From Squalus acanthias (taxonomy: Eukaryota), in the NCBI GenBank assembly GCA_030390025.1, contig CM059432.1, forward strand, positions 148,368,001 to 148,432,000: DNA of 64,000 bases, read 5' to 3'. Below are positions 36,831 through 49,348 of the stretch, one piece after another. Under the pieces are notes generated by a model. That model had not been told where the DNA came from. It saw only the letters and a list, made by a program, of their open reading frames with translations, and ran no database searches. Made by a program: the position numbers and the translations under genes. Positions within the stretch are counted from its first letter, which is position 1; each line of letters starts with the position of its first letter.

Positions 36831-38407
36831 AGAAAGTGAAATATCACCTTCTGCCATCAGTGCTTTTTTTCCTGTGTTCTGCCCTCAATAGGCATCAGCA
36901 TTTTGTTGGACTGCACTATGGAGTGTGGTATGATGTACCTTCACAACAACCATTCCAAACAAGCAGAATTCATCTGAATAGTCAGACTTCCTAACTGAGA
37001 TGGAGGGAAAAACAGGATGATGGGTTATTCAGGCCAACTGCAACATTAAGACTGAAGAAAGATGCACTGCTTTCTGAGAAACCAAAAATATGATTTAGCA
37101 CCAAAAGAATGAGTGATTGACCAGATTACAGCACCAGGTGAGGGCCTTAAAAGGAATTGTTCCCAACAGGATTAACGCAATCCAGATGGATGGAGCAAAA
37201 ATAGAAAAGGGTAGATAGTGCAAGGCTTCCATAGCAGAGATATGCCACAACATCGCAGCTCCAGTTCTGCACCCTGGTCCTGTACCAGCCTCACTGCCTC
37301 ACAGCTTCTGCTGTCTGGAAAGATATTTACGCTTGTACGCAGGCACTAGTTTGTGTGTATAGTATTTCTGATGGCCAGCTGTGGCTTTAAGTTATTCAGA
37401 TGTTGAATAGCTTTAACGTATACTAATGAACAGCATTTAAGAAGTGTAGGCTGGTCTTGGGAAGGCCAATAGCTGGAGATGCAGAGGGAACTGCTCAACC
37501 AGGAGACTTGCTAGACCCCTTCCTGGACCTGCTGCCGATACCTACAGGGAGAACAATTTGAATGCACAGGGATAGGGCAGAAACAGTGCAACCATGAAGA
37601 GCGACTGTGCTCAAACTCGACCTGCAACAAAAGGTTCAGGGAGGGAGGATGCAACCTCCTATGATCACAACACCTGTACTGCGTTTTACGAGTGTGTTAA
37701 TAGCCGGAACAACAGCAGCTGAGCCCTTTAGCCGGGACGCTGATCCAGCACATGTGCTAATTCGGATACATATAAAACATCAAAGGGATTGGTACTCGCC
37801 AGCTTTGCTGCTGTCAAACTTTGCTAGCTCAGCAAAAAATACCAGAAAGGGATTGTGTAACCAACAGCTCGGAAACAGGCCGGATTTCTTACACCAAACC
37901 CACCTCCCAACTAAATCAGCGTAGAAGAGGGATTGAGAGAGTAATCAAATTGCTAAAGCATGAAAAGCACATTTCCGTGCACTTTCTCGGCAGTCCTTGC
38001 TAAAATATAACTTAGCATAACACCAAAAGACTGAGTTAGTAGGAAATAGGATATAGTAGATAGCTGGGAGTGATTCCAAACTAGTAATCAAATGAGGTCA
38101 AACCATTGGAGTGAAGATAAGTAGTTTATGACCCTTACCTAAAGCACTCCACTTGATCACTACCTTATAATCACTCCCTAGATATGTTGGCCGGTATATT
38201 CCGATCCCTACGGGTGTGTACGAGGTGTACCTGTAGGGACATCGGAAATGCCGGTTTCATGGCCGGGAAGCCCGCAGGGCGGGGCTTAACAAGGCCAATC
38301 AAGGGAAAATCACGTCTAGAGAGCGACTGCAGCTGGGAGCGGGACCAGAACCCGGAAACCAGCTGTCCCGCCCCCATCCCGCCTCCTCGATTAAATTCGC
38401 GGCCTAT

Positions 38408-38798
38408 GTTTTCAGATGATGTGACTTTGATTAAGGCCATTTCAATGCTGTGGCAGGGCGGAAACATGATCGGAGTTATTCAATTAAGTGAGAGGCGACA
38501 ACACATTCAAGACTTTGTAGAGGAAAGGAAGGTTGGAGATGGGGCGGTGGTTTGCAATGATAGAAGAGTTTAGGTTTTTTGAGGAGGAGATGACGATGGC
38601 AGTTTTGAAAGGGAACGGGACATTACTTGAGGAGAGGGAATCATTTACATTGTCAGCTAGCATGGGAGCCAAGAGGGGAAGTTGGGTGGTCAGCAGTTTA
38701 CTGAGAATGGGGTCAAGTGGGCAGGCAATGGATCTCATGGACATGTTGAGCTTGGAGAGGAAAGGAGAGGAGGGGAGATAGGAGAGAAACTAGAGAAA
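38408..38798 (-). mobile_element. L2-clade RT N-terminal fragment
   Basis: ORF 38484-38744 contains CPLDPI..FKTAIV..NHRPISNLPFLYKVL. Confidence 0.8.
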
Positions 38799-39620
38799 GA
38801 AATAAAAACAGAAAATGCTGGAAATACTCAGCAGGTCAGGCAGCATCTGTAGCGAGAGAAACAGAGTTAACGTTTCAGGTCGATGACCCTTCGTCAGAAC
38901 TGGAAAAAGTTGGAGATGTAACAGGTTTTTAAGCAAGTGCTGGGGCAGGGAAAGGGGGGAGGAGAGGAAAGAACAAGAGGGAAGGTCTGTGATAGGCTGG
39001 AAGGCAGGAGAGATTAAGAGACAAAAGGGATGATGGCGCAAGGCAAAAGGAGATGGTAATGGGACAAGTTAAGAAACAAAAGATGACTCTAGATGAAGTG
39101 TAAATGGAAATGACAGAATGAAAGGCAGCTGCCATGTGGGAGAGAGAAAAAATAATTAAAAAAAGAATGGGGTCAGAGGTTATGGTCTGAAATTGTTGAA
39201 CTCGATGTTGAGTCCAGAGGCTGTAAAGTGCCTAATCGAAAGATGAGGTGCTGTTCCTCGAGCTTACGTTGAGCTTCATTGGAACAGTGCAGGAGGCCGA
39301 GGACGGAGAGGTCAGAGTGGGAGTGGAGCGGAGAATTAAAGTGACAGGCGACCGGAAGCTCGGGGTCACACTTACGGATTGAACGGAGGTGTTCCGCAAA
39401 GCGGTCGCCCAATCTGCGTTTGGTCTCCCCAGTGTAGAGGAGACCGCATCGTGAGCAGCGAATACAGTATACTAAATTGCAAGAAGTGCAAGTAAATCGC
39501 TGTTTCACCTGGAAGGGGTGTTTGGGGCCCTGGACAGTGGGAAGGGGGGAGGTAAAAGGGCAGGTGTTGCATCTCCTGCGCTTGCACGGGAAGGTGCAGG
39601 GCGAAGGGTAAGGGGTGATA
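38799..39620 (-). mobile_element. Penelope-like element 3' fragment (GIY-YIG endonuclease plus pseudo-LTR)
   Basis: ORF 39173-39706 contains FTCTSCNLVYCIRCSRCGLLYTGETKRRLGDRFAEH..VACHFN..RKLEEQHLIFRLGTLQP. Confidence 0.92.
38865..38901 (-). ncRNA. Minimal type-I hammerhead ribozyme motif with intact core
   Basis: Minus strand reads AGUU-CUGACGA-AGGGUC-AUC-GACCU-GAAA-CG-UU-AACU: stem I AGUU/AACU, CUGANGA and GAAA boxes, stem II GGUC/GACC, palindromic AACGUU in place of stem III. It lies in a Penelope pseudo-LTR, where such motifs are known. Confidence 0.75.
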
Positions 39621-40214
39621 GGTAAGTGATCGCCCCCCTGATCCTCCTCCAGCTTCCGACCACCTCCCAGCCCCCACCCTCCCTTCTCACTGTGGCCTAA
39701 TGCCACAAGCTTATCTGCCCGCAGCCAGCCAGCCTCTCCATCTGGCTGGCTGCAGGTGGGAAACAGACCTATGAAATGCTAATCAGGCCCTGCCGTTAAA
39801 TTTGGCAGGGCCTGCGGGAAGCCCGTTCTCCCGACCGCTTCCTAGCCACCCCACCCCCCCCAACCCGCCCGGCTTCCCAACCCGCCTCCCGATTAAAATT
39901 CCGGCTGATGTGTGAATATTCTCCCTCTCGGTAACACAGACTGCTCCTTAAATGTTAGCTTGGTTCAGTGATATCACTTTTGCCTGTGGCATGACAAGGC
40001 CCCAGAGAGGCCTGGTGCAAGAGTAGACCTCCTAAGCTTCACGCAGCTCCTGTGACTTAGAATAAGCATGCCACTAACATCCTTCCCACTACTGTGACTG
40101 AAGGCAGGCACACCATCAATCTCCACTCTATTACTTGTGACCAACAACAGGCACACCACTAGCCTTTATTCGACTACTGTAACCGAGGACAGGCAAACGA
40201 ACAAGCACAACTCG

Positions 40215-40815
40215 AATCATAGAATGATGGAGCACACAAGGAGGCCATTCGGCCCACCGTGCCCGTGTCAGCTCTGGAAGAGCTATTCAATGAGTCCCAC
40301 TCCCCTGCTCTTTCCCCATACCCCTGTAACTTTTTTCCCTTCGAGTATTTATCCAATTCCCTTTTGAAACTTACTATTCTATCTGCTTTCAGGCAGTGCA
40401 TTCCACATCACAACAACTCACTGCGTAAAAAAATGTTTCTTCATGTTGCCTCTTGTCCTTTTGCCAATCACTTTAAATCTGTGTGCTCTGGTTATTGACC
40501 CTTCCGCCAAGTTTCTCCTTATTCACTCCATCAAAACCCTTCATGATTTTGAACACCTCTATCAAATCACCCCTTAACCTTCTCTGCTCTAAGGAGAACA
40601 ACCCCAGCTTCTCCAGTATCTCTACATAACTGAAATCGCTCATCCCTGGTACCATTCTAGTAAATCTCTGCTGCACTCTCTCCAAGGCCTTGACAGCCTT
40701 CCTATAAAGTGCGGTGCCCAGATTGAACACAATACTCTAGCTGAGGCCCAGCCAGTGTTTTATAAAGGTTCAGCATAATTCCCTTGCTTTTGAACTCTGC
40801 GCCTCGATTAATAAA
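40215..40815 (-). mobile_element. CR1 3' fragment
   Basis: ORF 40473-40730 contains LEKLGLFSLEQRRLRGDLIEVFKI. Confidence 0.85.
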
Positions 40816-41836
40816 GCCATTTCATAAGGGGCCGTTTTGCGGTGTCTCGCTCCCACCATGCAACAGCACTTCCTGTAGCTCTGTTCCTGACCTCTGCTCC
40901 CTGTTAGTGCAATGCCTACTGGGGTGGGAGTTATGGGGTTGTGGAATCACCCTTGTAAAATGCTTCTCAAAGTCTTTATTTATGTTGAGCAATTGTAGTA
41001 AATGTTTGCTTTAAAGTCTGTAAATAAGTAGCTGAGGGACATTTCAGCATCTGGAGTCAGTTGTGAGTTAGTTTTCATACCATATATGCGGTTTGGAAAT
41101 CCTGCAAATATTTCTCATATTTCCACATATCTGTGGTTTAAGTTACTCTGCTGTGGGGACCAGGCTCCTTTTCTACGATTCCTTCAGTCCCCACAACTTG
41201 AGTACATTCCCACCCACCCCCAGATTGCTGCCAGTTATAACAGATGTAACATTTTCAGTCTCCTGCAGCTCATCTGATTTTTTTTTGTTATTAAAAAGGG
41301 CAACTGAACTCATGAAGTTAAATATTTAGCAACCCTCCCTCTACATGGGCAGGGAGAGGTGCTCAAGGAACCAGCTGTCATTTCAATCACAACGGCCATG
41401 CCTGCGCAAGTGATGAAGTTAACGGGATATCGAGCTTGATGTCAATCCACTGCAGTGTGCAAACAAATGCAAAAGGTACCTTGCCAAATACTTTTTCCAC
41501 AAGGACCCTTTTAAACCAGTGTCTCAACATAAACAGGTGTCAGAGGACTTGCTGGAAGTCACTGCGTGCTCCTATATAGAAATACAATCTGTATTTATTA
41601 CTTTAATTGCACGCAGCGGACCATAAATTTAGTGCTACTGTTGTAAAGCTGAGAAACAACCACTGTTGATATTAATGGGCCAATTATTAATGCTTTTGCA
41701 TATCTTAATGCAGATGTTAATTCACTAATAAACTTGAATTTATATAGCGCCTTTAACGTAGTAAAACATCCCAAGGCGCTTCACAGGGGTGTAATCAGAC
41801 AAAAAAATGAAACTGAGCCAAAGAAGGAGATATTAG

Positions 41837-42761
41837 AAATAAAAACAGAAAATGCTGGAAATGCTCAGCAGGTCAGGCAGCATCTGTGGAGAGAGAAACA
41901 GAGTTAACGTTTCAGGTCAATGACCCTTTGTCAGAACTGGAAAAAGCTGGAGATGGAACAGGTTTTTAAGCAAGTGTAGGGGCAGGGAGAGGGGGGAAAG
42001 AACAAAAGGGAAGGTCTGTGATAGGATGGAAGGCAGGAGAGATTAAGAGACAAAAGGGATGATGGTGCAAGGCAAAAGGAGATGGTAATGGGACAAGTTA
42101 AGAAACAAAAGATGACTCTAGATGAAGTGTAAATGGCAATGGCAGAATGATCGACAGCTGCCATGTGAGAGAGAGAAAAAGAAAAAAAAAGATAGGGGCA
42201 GGGGTTATGGTCTGAAATTGTTGAACTCTATGTTGAGTCCAGAAGGCTGTAAAGTGCCTAATCGAAAGATGAGGTGCTGTTCTTCGAGCTTACGTTGAGC
42301 TTCACTGGAACAGTGTAGGAGGCCGAGGACAGAGAGATCAGAGTGGGAGTGGAGCGGAGAATTAAAGTGACAGGCGACCGGGAGCTCGGAGTCCCCCTTA
42401 TGGACTGAATGGAGGTGTTCCGCTTCACCCAATCTGCGTTTGGTCTCCCCAATGTAGAGGAGACCGCATCGTGAGCAGCGAATACAGTATACTAAATTGC
42501 AAGAAGTACAAGTAAATCGCTGTTTCACCTGGAAGGAGTGTTTGGGGCCCTAGACGGTGGGAAGGGAGGAGGTATAAGGGCATGTGTTGCATCTCCTGCG
42601 CTTGCACGGGAAGGTGCCGGGCGAAGGGGAAGGGATGTTGGGGGTGATAGAGGAGTGGACTAGGGTGTCGCGGAGGGAGCGGTCCCTTCGGAATGCTGAA
42701 AGGGGAGGTGAGGGGAAGATGTGTTTGGTGGTGGGATCACGCTGGAGGTGGCGGAAATGGC
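41837..42761 (-). mobile_element. Penelope-like element 3' fragment, second copy
   Basis: ORF 42205-42528 is GIY-YIG (NLVYCIRC..LYIGETKR..PSGLN). Possible TSD GATATTAG/GATAATAG (41829-41836, 42762-42769). Hammerhead at 41902-41938 has a CUGACAA core mutation. Confidence 0.92.
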
Positions 42762-43438
42762 GATAATAGGGCAGGTGATCAAATGATTGGTCCAAGAGGT
42801 AGATTTTAGGCAGTGTCATAAAGGAGGAGAGAGAGGTGGCGAGGCGAAGAGGTTTGGGGAGGGAATTCCAGAGCTTAGGGCCTAGATGGCTGATGGTGGG
42901 ACGAAGGAACTGGGGGATGCAAAAGGCCAGAGTTGGAGGAACACAGAGTTCTCAGAGGGTTGCAGGGCTGAAGGAGTTTGCAGAGATAGGGAGGGGGCCC
43001 AGGCCATGGAGGGATTTGAACATGAGGATGAGAATTTTTAAAATCGAGACATTGGTGGAGTGGGAGCCAATGTAGGTCAACGAGCATGGGGATGATGGGA
43101 GAACGGGACTTGATGTGAGTTAGGAAATGGACAGCAGAGTTTTGGATGGGCTCAAGTTAATGGAGGATGAAAGATAGGAGGCCAGCCAGGAGCATGTTGG
43201 AATAGTTGAGTCTGGGGGTAACAAAAGCATGGATGAGAGTTTCAGTAGCAGATGAGCAGGGTAGGGGCGGAGACAGATGATATATTACGGAAGTGGAGAA
43301 AAGGCAGTCTTTATGATGGAGAGGATGTGGGTTCAGAAGCTCAGCTCAGGCTCAAACAGGACGGCGAGATTGCGTACAATCTGGTTCAGCCTGAGAGTGC
43401 CCAGGGAGGGGGGTGAAATCGGTAGCTAGGGAACAGGG

Positions 43439-43657
43439 TGACATGAATCTGTCATTCATGACTTATGAAATAATACTGAGTGGCCTGCGGGTGGCGCTGT
43501 CCAGGGAGAGTATAAATACTCGGGCACGGGCCCAGCTTGCGCGGGACATTCTTAACAGGAACTAGTGAAGGACACAACTAGACCTCCATGTTGTAAAACA
43601 GTTGATTAAAGCTTTGTTTAACGCTTAGACCAAGTGCCTAGTAGTTTTCTTACGTCA
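43439..43657 (+). mobile_element. Short solo LTR (219 bp) with 5-bp TSD
   Basis: TGAC...GTCA ends. CAGGG at 43434-43438 and 43658-43662. TATAAATA near 43511 and ATTAAA near 43605. Interrupts colinear L2 sequence. Confidence 0.8.
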
Positions 43658-46080
43658 CAGGGTTTGTGGCGGGGGCTGAAGACAATGGCATTGGTCTTCC
43701 AAATGTGTAATTGTAGGAAATTTCGGCTGATCCAGGACTGGATGTTGGAGAAGCAGTCGGACAACACAGCAACACTGGCGAGGTTGAGAGAGGTGGTGGT
43801 GAGGTAGAGCTGGGTAGCGTCAGCGTACATGTGGAACCTGACACTGTGTTTTCGGATGCAGTATGTAGATGAGAAATAGCGGGGGGGGGGGGGGTCAAGG
43901 ATAGATCCTTGGGCGGTTCCAGAGATAACGGTGCAGGAGTGGGAGGAGAAGATTCTCTGGCTGCGACTGGATAGGCGAGAGTGGAATCAGGCGAGGACCG
44001 TCCCACTCAGCTGGACAACGGAGGAGAGGCACTGGAGGAGGATGGTGGGTGTCAAAGGCTGCAGACAGGTCGAGAAGGACGAGGCGGGATAGTACACCAT
44101 GGTCAGTCACCATGAGACTTTGATTAGGGCCGTTTCAATGCAAGGCAGGGGCGGAAACCAGATTGCAGAGGTTCAAATATGGAGTTGTGAAAAAAGATGG
44201 GCACTTCCTTTAAAGAAGAGGAGAAAGGAATGCCACATAAATGCCATGCGTGCTCGACCCCTAATATCTTCAACAGTATTGTTCAGGCTTAAATCTGCAG
44301 TAGTCACTGCTTTCCAGCCAATTGAAAATGGAAACAAAAATACCAGCAAATTTATGTTTGATATCCATGGGGCAGATTTTCCCCTTGGACATAAATAAAT
44401 GCATCGAGGAAAATAGGGCAGGCACCGTTCGAGCTGTGTGATCCTCCCTGCCTGGTTAGCCTCTGTGCTCCCTTCCCTGGTGATTATTGATGCCTCAGCA
44501 CCAAAGAGGAAAATGTGCCCCATTCAATCTGCGGTATATCATGGCCGGAGCGCAAGGGTTGGATTCACCACTTTGGGGCAGACTGGCAGGGTGGGACATC
44601 CACCTTCCCCTCCGACTCCATTTTCCCATCGTTTTCTGTTGGGATCATGAGCAAAATCCAACCCGAACTGTGCTTCTTAGTTTTGCTCTTGAATCCAACC
44701 CTAACTCAACATCAGTGCTACACACGAACTTGGAACGGTTTCCATAGGTCAGTGCTTACAGCCAGCTTTGATTCAGAATACCACATCACGAAAGGTCATC
44801 GACATGAAACGTTAACCCTACCTTCTCCTTGCTCCTCGCCTGACCAGCATTTTAGGTTTCAATGCATCACACAGGTGACTTTCACTATAGCAACAGGTTG
44901 GGTTGGACTCAAACCCCACACAAAATGCATGATCTCCTCCCCAACCCCTACCCTCAGCATTTTGATTCAACGCAATCCGTTTCATAACAGTCTGCAGTGT
45001 CAATGGGATTTCTACCATATGTGGAATTTATTTCATTCTGTTTTCCTTGTATCTATTTGCCTTTTGCTGCAGATCTGTTGGAAACCTGTTTCAGTTTTGC
45101 CAGTTTAATATAATTCTCAACAGAACTATCCCATACACTCAGTGGGATTAGGTTTCCCAAATTCAAAGAGGCACCACCATCACACAAAACAATGTTGAGC
45201 AATTTTTTCCCCATTTCTTTACAAATAAACAATGTGTGGAACACATCATCATTCCACCTGTGAGATTACAACAATGATCAATAACTTTTTTCTTGCTCCA
45301 CTCCCTCCCAAATAAGAAAAGATTTAGCAAATCTTAATTTATGCTAAAGATTGTGGGCCAAAATCTTTTGCGCCTGTAATCCCCAGTGGAAATGCCGGGA
45401 TCTATCCACCGATTGACCTCTGGCACTGACCCTTGTCAACGTTGGCGGGGTCAGGGGGGATAGTCATCCAATTTAAATATCCCGAGCAGCTGCCCTGTAC
45501 CAAAAAAGGCACATCTCAGGCACCCCTTGCCCTAGGATGCTGGGAATCTGGGTTTGGGGATGCTGCCCCCCATCCCTCCTCAGAAAGAAAACACAAGTGC
45601 CCTCTTGGCCCCAATTATAAGCGGGCTGATCTTCACCTGATGAACTCTACTTTCTTTGGGGGGCCAGGTCACGCTGCAGACCTGGACCCCAAGCTGGTCC
45701 CCACTTCTGCTGTTGGATCAGCCGGTTCCCTGGTCCCACTTGATAAACAAGCCCACCGATGTTCTGTCAGGTCTGGGATGTGAGAACTTCAAACCTGGGA
45801 GTCCTAGCACCTGGCCACACTCCCTCCTGCATCAATAGCCTTGTAAATGGTAAGTGGAGGCCCACTCCTTACAACGCTCTACGGGGACTCCTGTACAAGG
45901 CCAGGAACCACTGCATCCAGTTCCTCAGCCCATATTCCAGCCATTCAGAGTGCCCCAGAAGTCCCAATCATTTTCAGCCTCAGTGATACTTTAATGCACT
46001 CCTGTCCAGTTTTGTTTCTTTTTTGTCTTGTTGACGTATCTCTGGTCCAAGTAACACTTGCATTGTGAAGTAATACTCAC

Positions 46081-46182
46081 TGTTGCATCTTCAGGCAGTC
46101 CACCTGCCACCTCCACTATCCTAGCGTCTGACGCTACCATTCCTTTTGCCCTGGTAACAAACTGGATAACTGAAGCGCTGTC
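46081..46182 (-). CDS. ITGA9: Integrin alpha-9 coding exon, DSASVIQFVTRAKGMVASDARIVEVAGGLPEDAT
   Basis: 102 nt. CAG acceptor at 46185-46183 and GTGAGT donor at 46080-46075. In frame with both neighbours. Confidence 0.93.
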
Positions 46183-46871
46183 CTGCAGAACACCAAGAGA
46201 AATGGTAAGAATGTGACAATGATGACAACTTCTACCCTCACGGTGGGTGCGCATATTAGCAACAAACTGTATTCCAGACATTGTACAAGCTCAGGCAAGA
46301 GGCAAACCATGGTCATAGTCTGTTCCATAACATGCTTATTACTGGTGGATAAGGTCACTGGCCCAGCTCAAGTGTGTTGGCCTGCTATTAATCAGGAAGG
46401 TGTGGTATTCTCTGGGTGGGAACAAGGTGATACTGTGAGTTAGCACTCTATCCTTGAGCTTCAGGGCCTCACTCTGAATCCAGCCCAGCCGGTATTGGAT
46501 GAAAGTCTTCACAAAAGTCTAAAGTGATGTGGGGTTGGGCCAGTGGATGCACCATTTTTACCCTAAATCAGTCCGTAATTTTGCACAAATTGGCACGAAA
46601 TTAGAGTCTGACTCAAAGCGGCAATAAAAAACCAACTGGTGTGGGAAATGGAAATGTTGCACTGTACATTTGTGGTGCGTACCTGAGATTGGGGTTAAGG
46701 TGCACTGTTGGAGCAGAACAGAGGGAACTTTAATCAGCACAAAACCAATGTTGTAACTAAATGAGGAGAGCTCGATAACGACAGTAAGTGCGGAAGTGGA
46801 AACATGTTGTATTCCCCATCACTGTCTGACCAGCCCACTACAGTGCAGGACTATTCGGGTTTCTTTTCCAA

Positions 46872-47250
46872 ACCATGGCTGCAGTGTGTACCATCTACAA
46901 GGTGCACTGCAGCAACTCGCCAAGGCTTCTTCAGCAGCACCTCCCAAACCCGCGACCTCTTCCACCTAGAAGGACAAGGGCAGCAGGCGCATGGGAACAC
47001 CACCAGCTCCAAGTTCCCCTCCAAGTCACACACCATCCTGACTTGGAAATATATCGGCCGATCCTTCATCGTCGCTGGGTCAAAATCCTGGAACTCCCTC
47101 CCTAACAGCACTGTGGGAGTACCTTCACCACACGGACTGCAGCGGTTCAAGAAGGCGGCTCACCACCACCTTCTCAAGGGCAACTAGGGATGGGCAATAA
47201 ATGCTGGCTTTGCCAGCGACACCCACATCCCATAAGCGAATTAAAAAAAA
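46872..47250 (+). mobile_element. 3' end of the third LINE family
   Basis: Near-identical to the reverse complement of 22663-23035. Confidence 0.88.
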
Positions 47251-47348
47251 GATAAAAGCACAATCCACACCAAAAATCTTGGTTCTGAAAGGAGTTAGTG
47301 ATTTCCTAATCAGCGCATGTGGGGGGAAAAAAATCAGCATGCTCTCAC

Positions 47349-47468
47349 CTTTTTCAATATTTCAGTATTGAGCAGCAAGTGTACATCAATGTTTCTGGTT
47401 TCTTCCTTTGCTATGGAGTTTAGTTTACAGTTGATGATCGAACAGGGTCGGCCAGGCCTATCACAATC
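47349..47468 (-). CDS. ITGA9: Integrin alpha-9 coding exon, DCDRPGRPCSIINCKLNSIAKEETRNIDVHLLLNTEILKK (not in the ORF track)
   Basis: 120 nt translated by hand. AG at 47470-47469 and GTGAGA donor at 47348-47343. Cys pattern and LLNTEILKK are typical of alpha-9 calf-2. Confidence 0.95.
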
Positions 47469-47886
47469 CTAAAAGAATTAGCAAGCCAAGAAAACAAACT
47501 TACGTTATTCAATTAGATAACCTGTTTTAACTAACTACCTGACAACATTAATGCCCAGAATCTGTGCGAGAGCCTTGCTCACTTGCTTGGAGCATTGCGG
47601 CTAGAAAACCGAGGGCACTGCAAATCAGGAACGCAAAAATCCACACCCGATTCTCCAATCCACGCTACGGGTCAGCAGGACTCCATGCTGGGAGCAGAGT
47701 CTGGCCAAGTCCAGGGCTTAGATAAAATTAGATTCACAAATGCGTGTGTGCAGTAGCATTGCGGACATCTGTCTTATATTTTACACATAAGCAGTTGGCT
47801 TGAACCTTCTGAAGACTAAACAATTTTCAAAATCATACCCGTGAGTTAAGTCATAGTACAGCTGTAAAATATCATGATGCAATATC

Positions 47887-48406
47887 TAGAAACATAGAAA
47901 AATAGGAGGAGTAGGCCATTCGGCCCTTCGAGCCTGCTCCGCCATTCAATATGATCATGGCTGATCCTCTATCTCAATACCATATTCCCGCTCTCTCCCC
48001 ATACCCCTTGATGTCTTTTGTGTCTAGAAATCTATCTATCTCCTTCTTAAATATATTCAGTGACTTGGCCTCCACAGCCTTCTGTGGTAGAGAATTCCAC
48101 AGGTTCACCACCCTCTGAGTGAAGAAATTTCTCCTCATCTCAGTCCTAAATGTCCTACCCCGTATCCTGAGACTGTGACCCCTCGTTCTAGACCCCCCAG
48201 CCAGGGGAAACATCCTCCCTGCATCCAGTCTGTCTAGCCCTGTCAGAATTTTATACGTTTCAATGAGATCCCCTCTCATTCTTCTAAAATCTAGTGAATA
48301 CAGGCCTAGTCAACCCAATCTCTCCTCATACGACAGTCCTGCCATCCCAGGAATCAGTCTGGTGAACCTTCACTGCACTCCCTCTATGGCAAGTATATCC
48401 TTTCTT
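47887..48406 (-). mobile_element. CR1 3' fragment, young subfamily
   Basis: ORF 47974-48279 is nearly identical to the translations at 52378 and 63431. Confidence 0.92.
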
Positions 48407-48584
48407 ATATCGATACAAGATGCATCATTTTGCGATAAAATAGATAGACAAATAAGTCACAGGCTGAAACCCTACATTTCCTGTGAGCACCACTTCCCAC
48501 TGGGAGCACCGGTCTTGAAATCACCCTTCCAATGGCATAAAAGCTCCCTAACATGGAGCTAAACCGCTCTAAAAAAAAAAACTG

Positions 48585-49060
48585 GTTAGGCTTCAGCTGG
48601 AGTATTGTGTCCAATTCTGGGCACCACACTTTAGAAAGGACGTCAAGGCCTTGGAGAGGGTGCAGAGGAGATTTACTAGAATGGCACCAAGGATGAGGGA
48701 CTTCAGTTATCTGGAGAGACTAGAGAAGCTGGGATTGTTCTCCTTAAGAGCAGAGAAGGTCCTGGGGAGGTCTGATAGAGGTGTTCAAAATTATGAGGAG
48801 TTTCGAGAGAGTAGATGGAGAGAAACTATTTCCACTGGCAGGAGGGTTAGTAACCAGAGGACACAGATTGAAAATAAGTGGCAAAAAAGCCAGGAGAAAG
48901 ATGAGAATTTTTTGTAACTCAGCGAGTTGTTAGAATCTGGAATACATTGCCTGACAGGGTGGTGGAAGCAGATTCAATAGTAACTTTCAAAACGGAATTG
49001 GATCAATACTTAAAAAAAAAAAGATTTGCAGGTCTATGGGGAAAAAGCAGGGGAGTGGGA
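48585..49060 (+). mobile_element. Degenerate CR1 3' fragment
   Basis: ERVQRRFTRM..LEKLGLFSL with frameshifts. Confidence 0.8.
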
Positions 49061-49348
49061 CAAATGTTCCCTTTAATTATTTTTTGGGTGCACGGCCCCT
49101 TTAAGGTAAGTCCTACCTTTTACTTACAGCCTTCCCATAGATCTTTAGGCCTTGGGGCCTTGAGGCCTTCTGGCTCCTGTTTTGTGGCTACAAGGCCCTA
49201 TCCGGGAGAAGGCCTGCACTGACGGTGCAACTGGACTTTCAAGATTACCTGACCCATCAAATTCAGACATGGTCAGTTCATGACAGGTACAGTCGGAGGA
49301 GGGAGGGGAGAAAGGAAAATCAAAGCTACTCCGTCCTTCTGACACCTC

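Larger units (their letters stand above)
41730..44200 (-). mobile_element. L2-clade LINE (RT to 3' tail) hosting nested Penelope and solo-LTR insertions
   Basis: LVLLDLSAAFDT (43895-44113) and MYADATQLY (43618-43830). The tail at 41730-41836 rejoins 42770 when the Penelope is removed. Confidence 0.85.

Noticed and set aside
41405..41660. Intronic C/D snoRNA (GTGATGA near 41410)
   Set aside because: No suitably spaced D box or terminal stem was seen.
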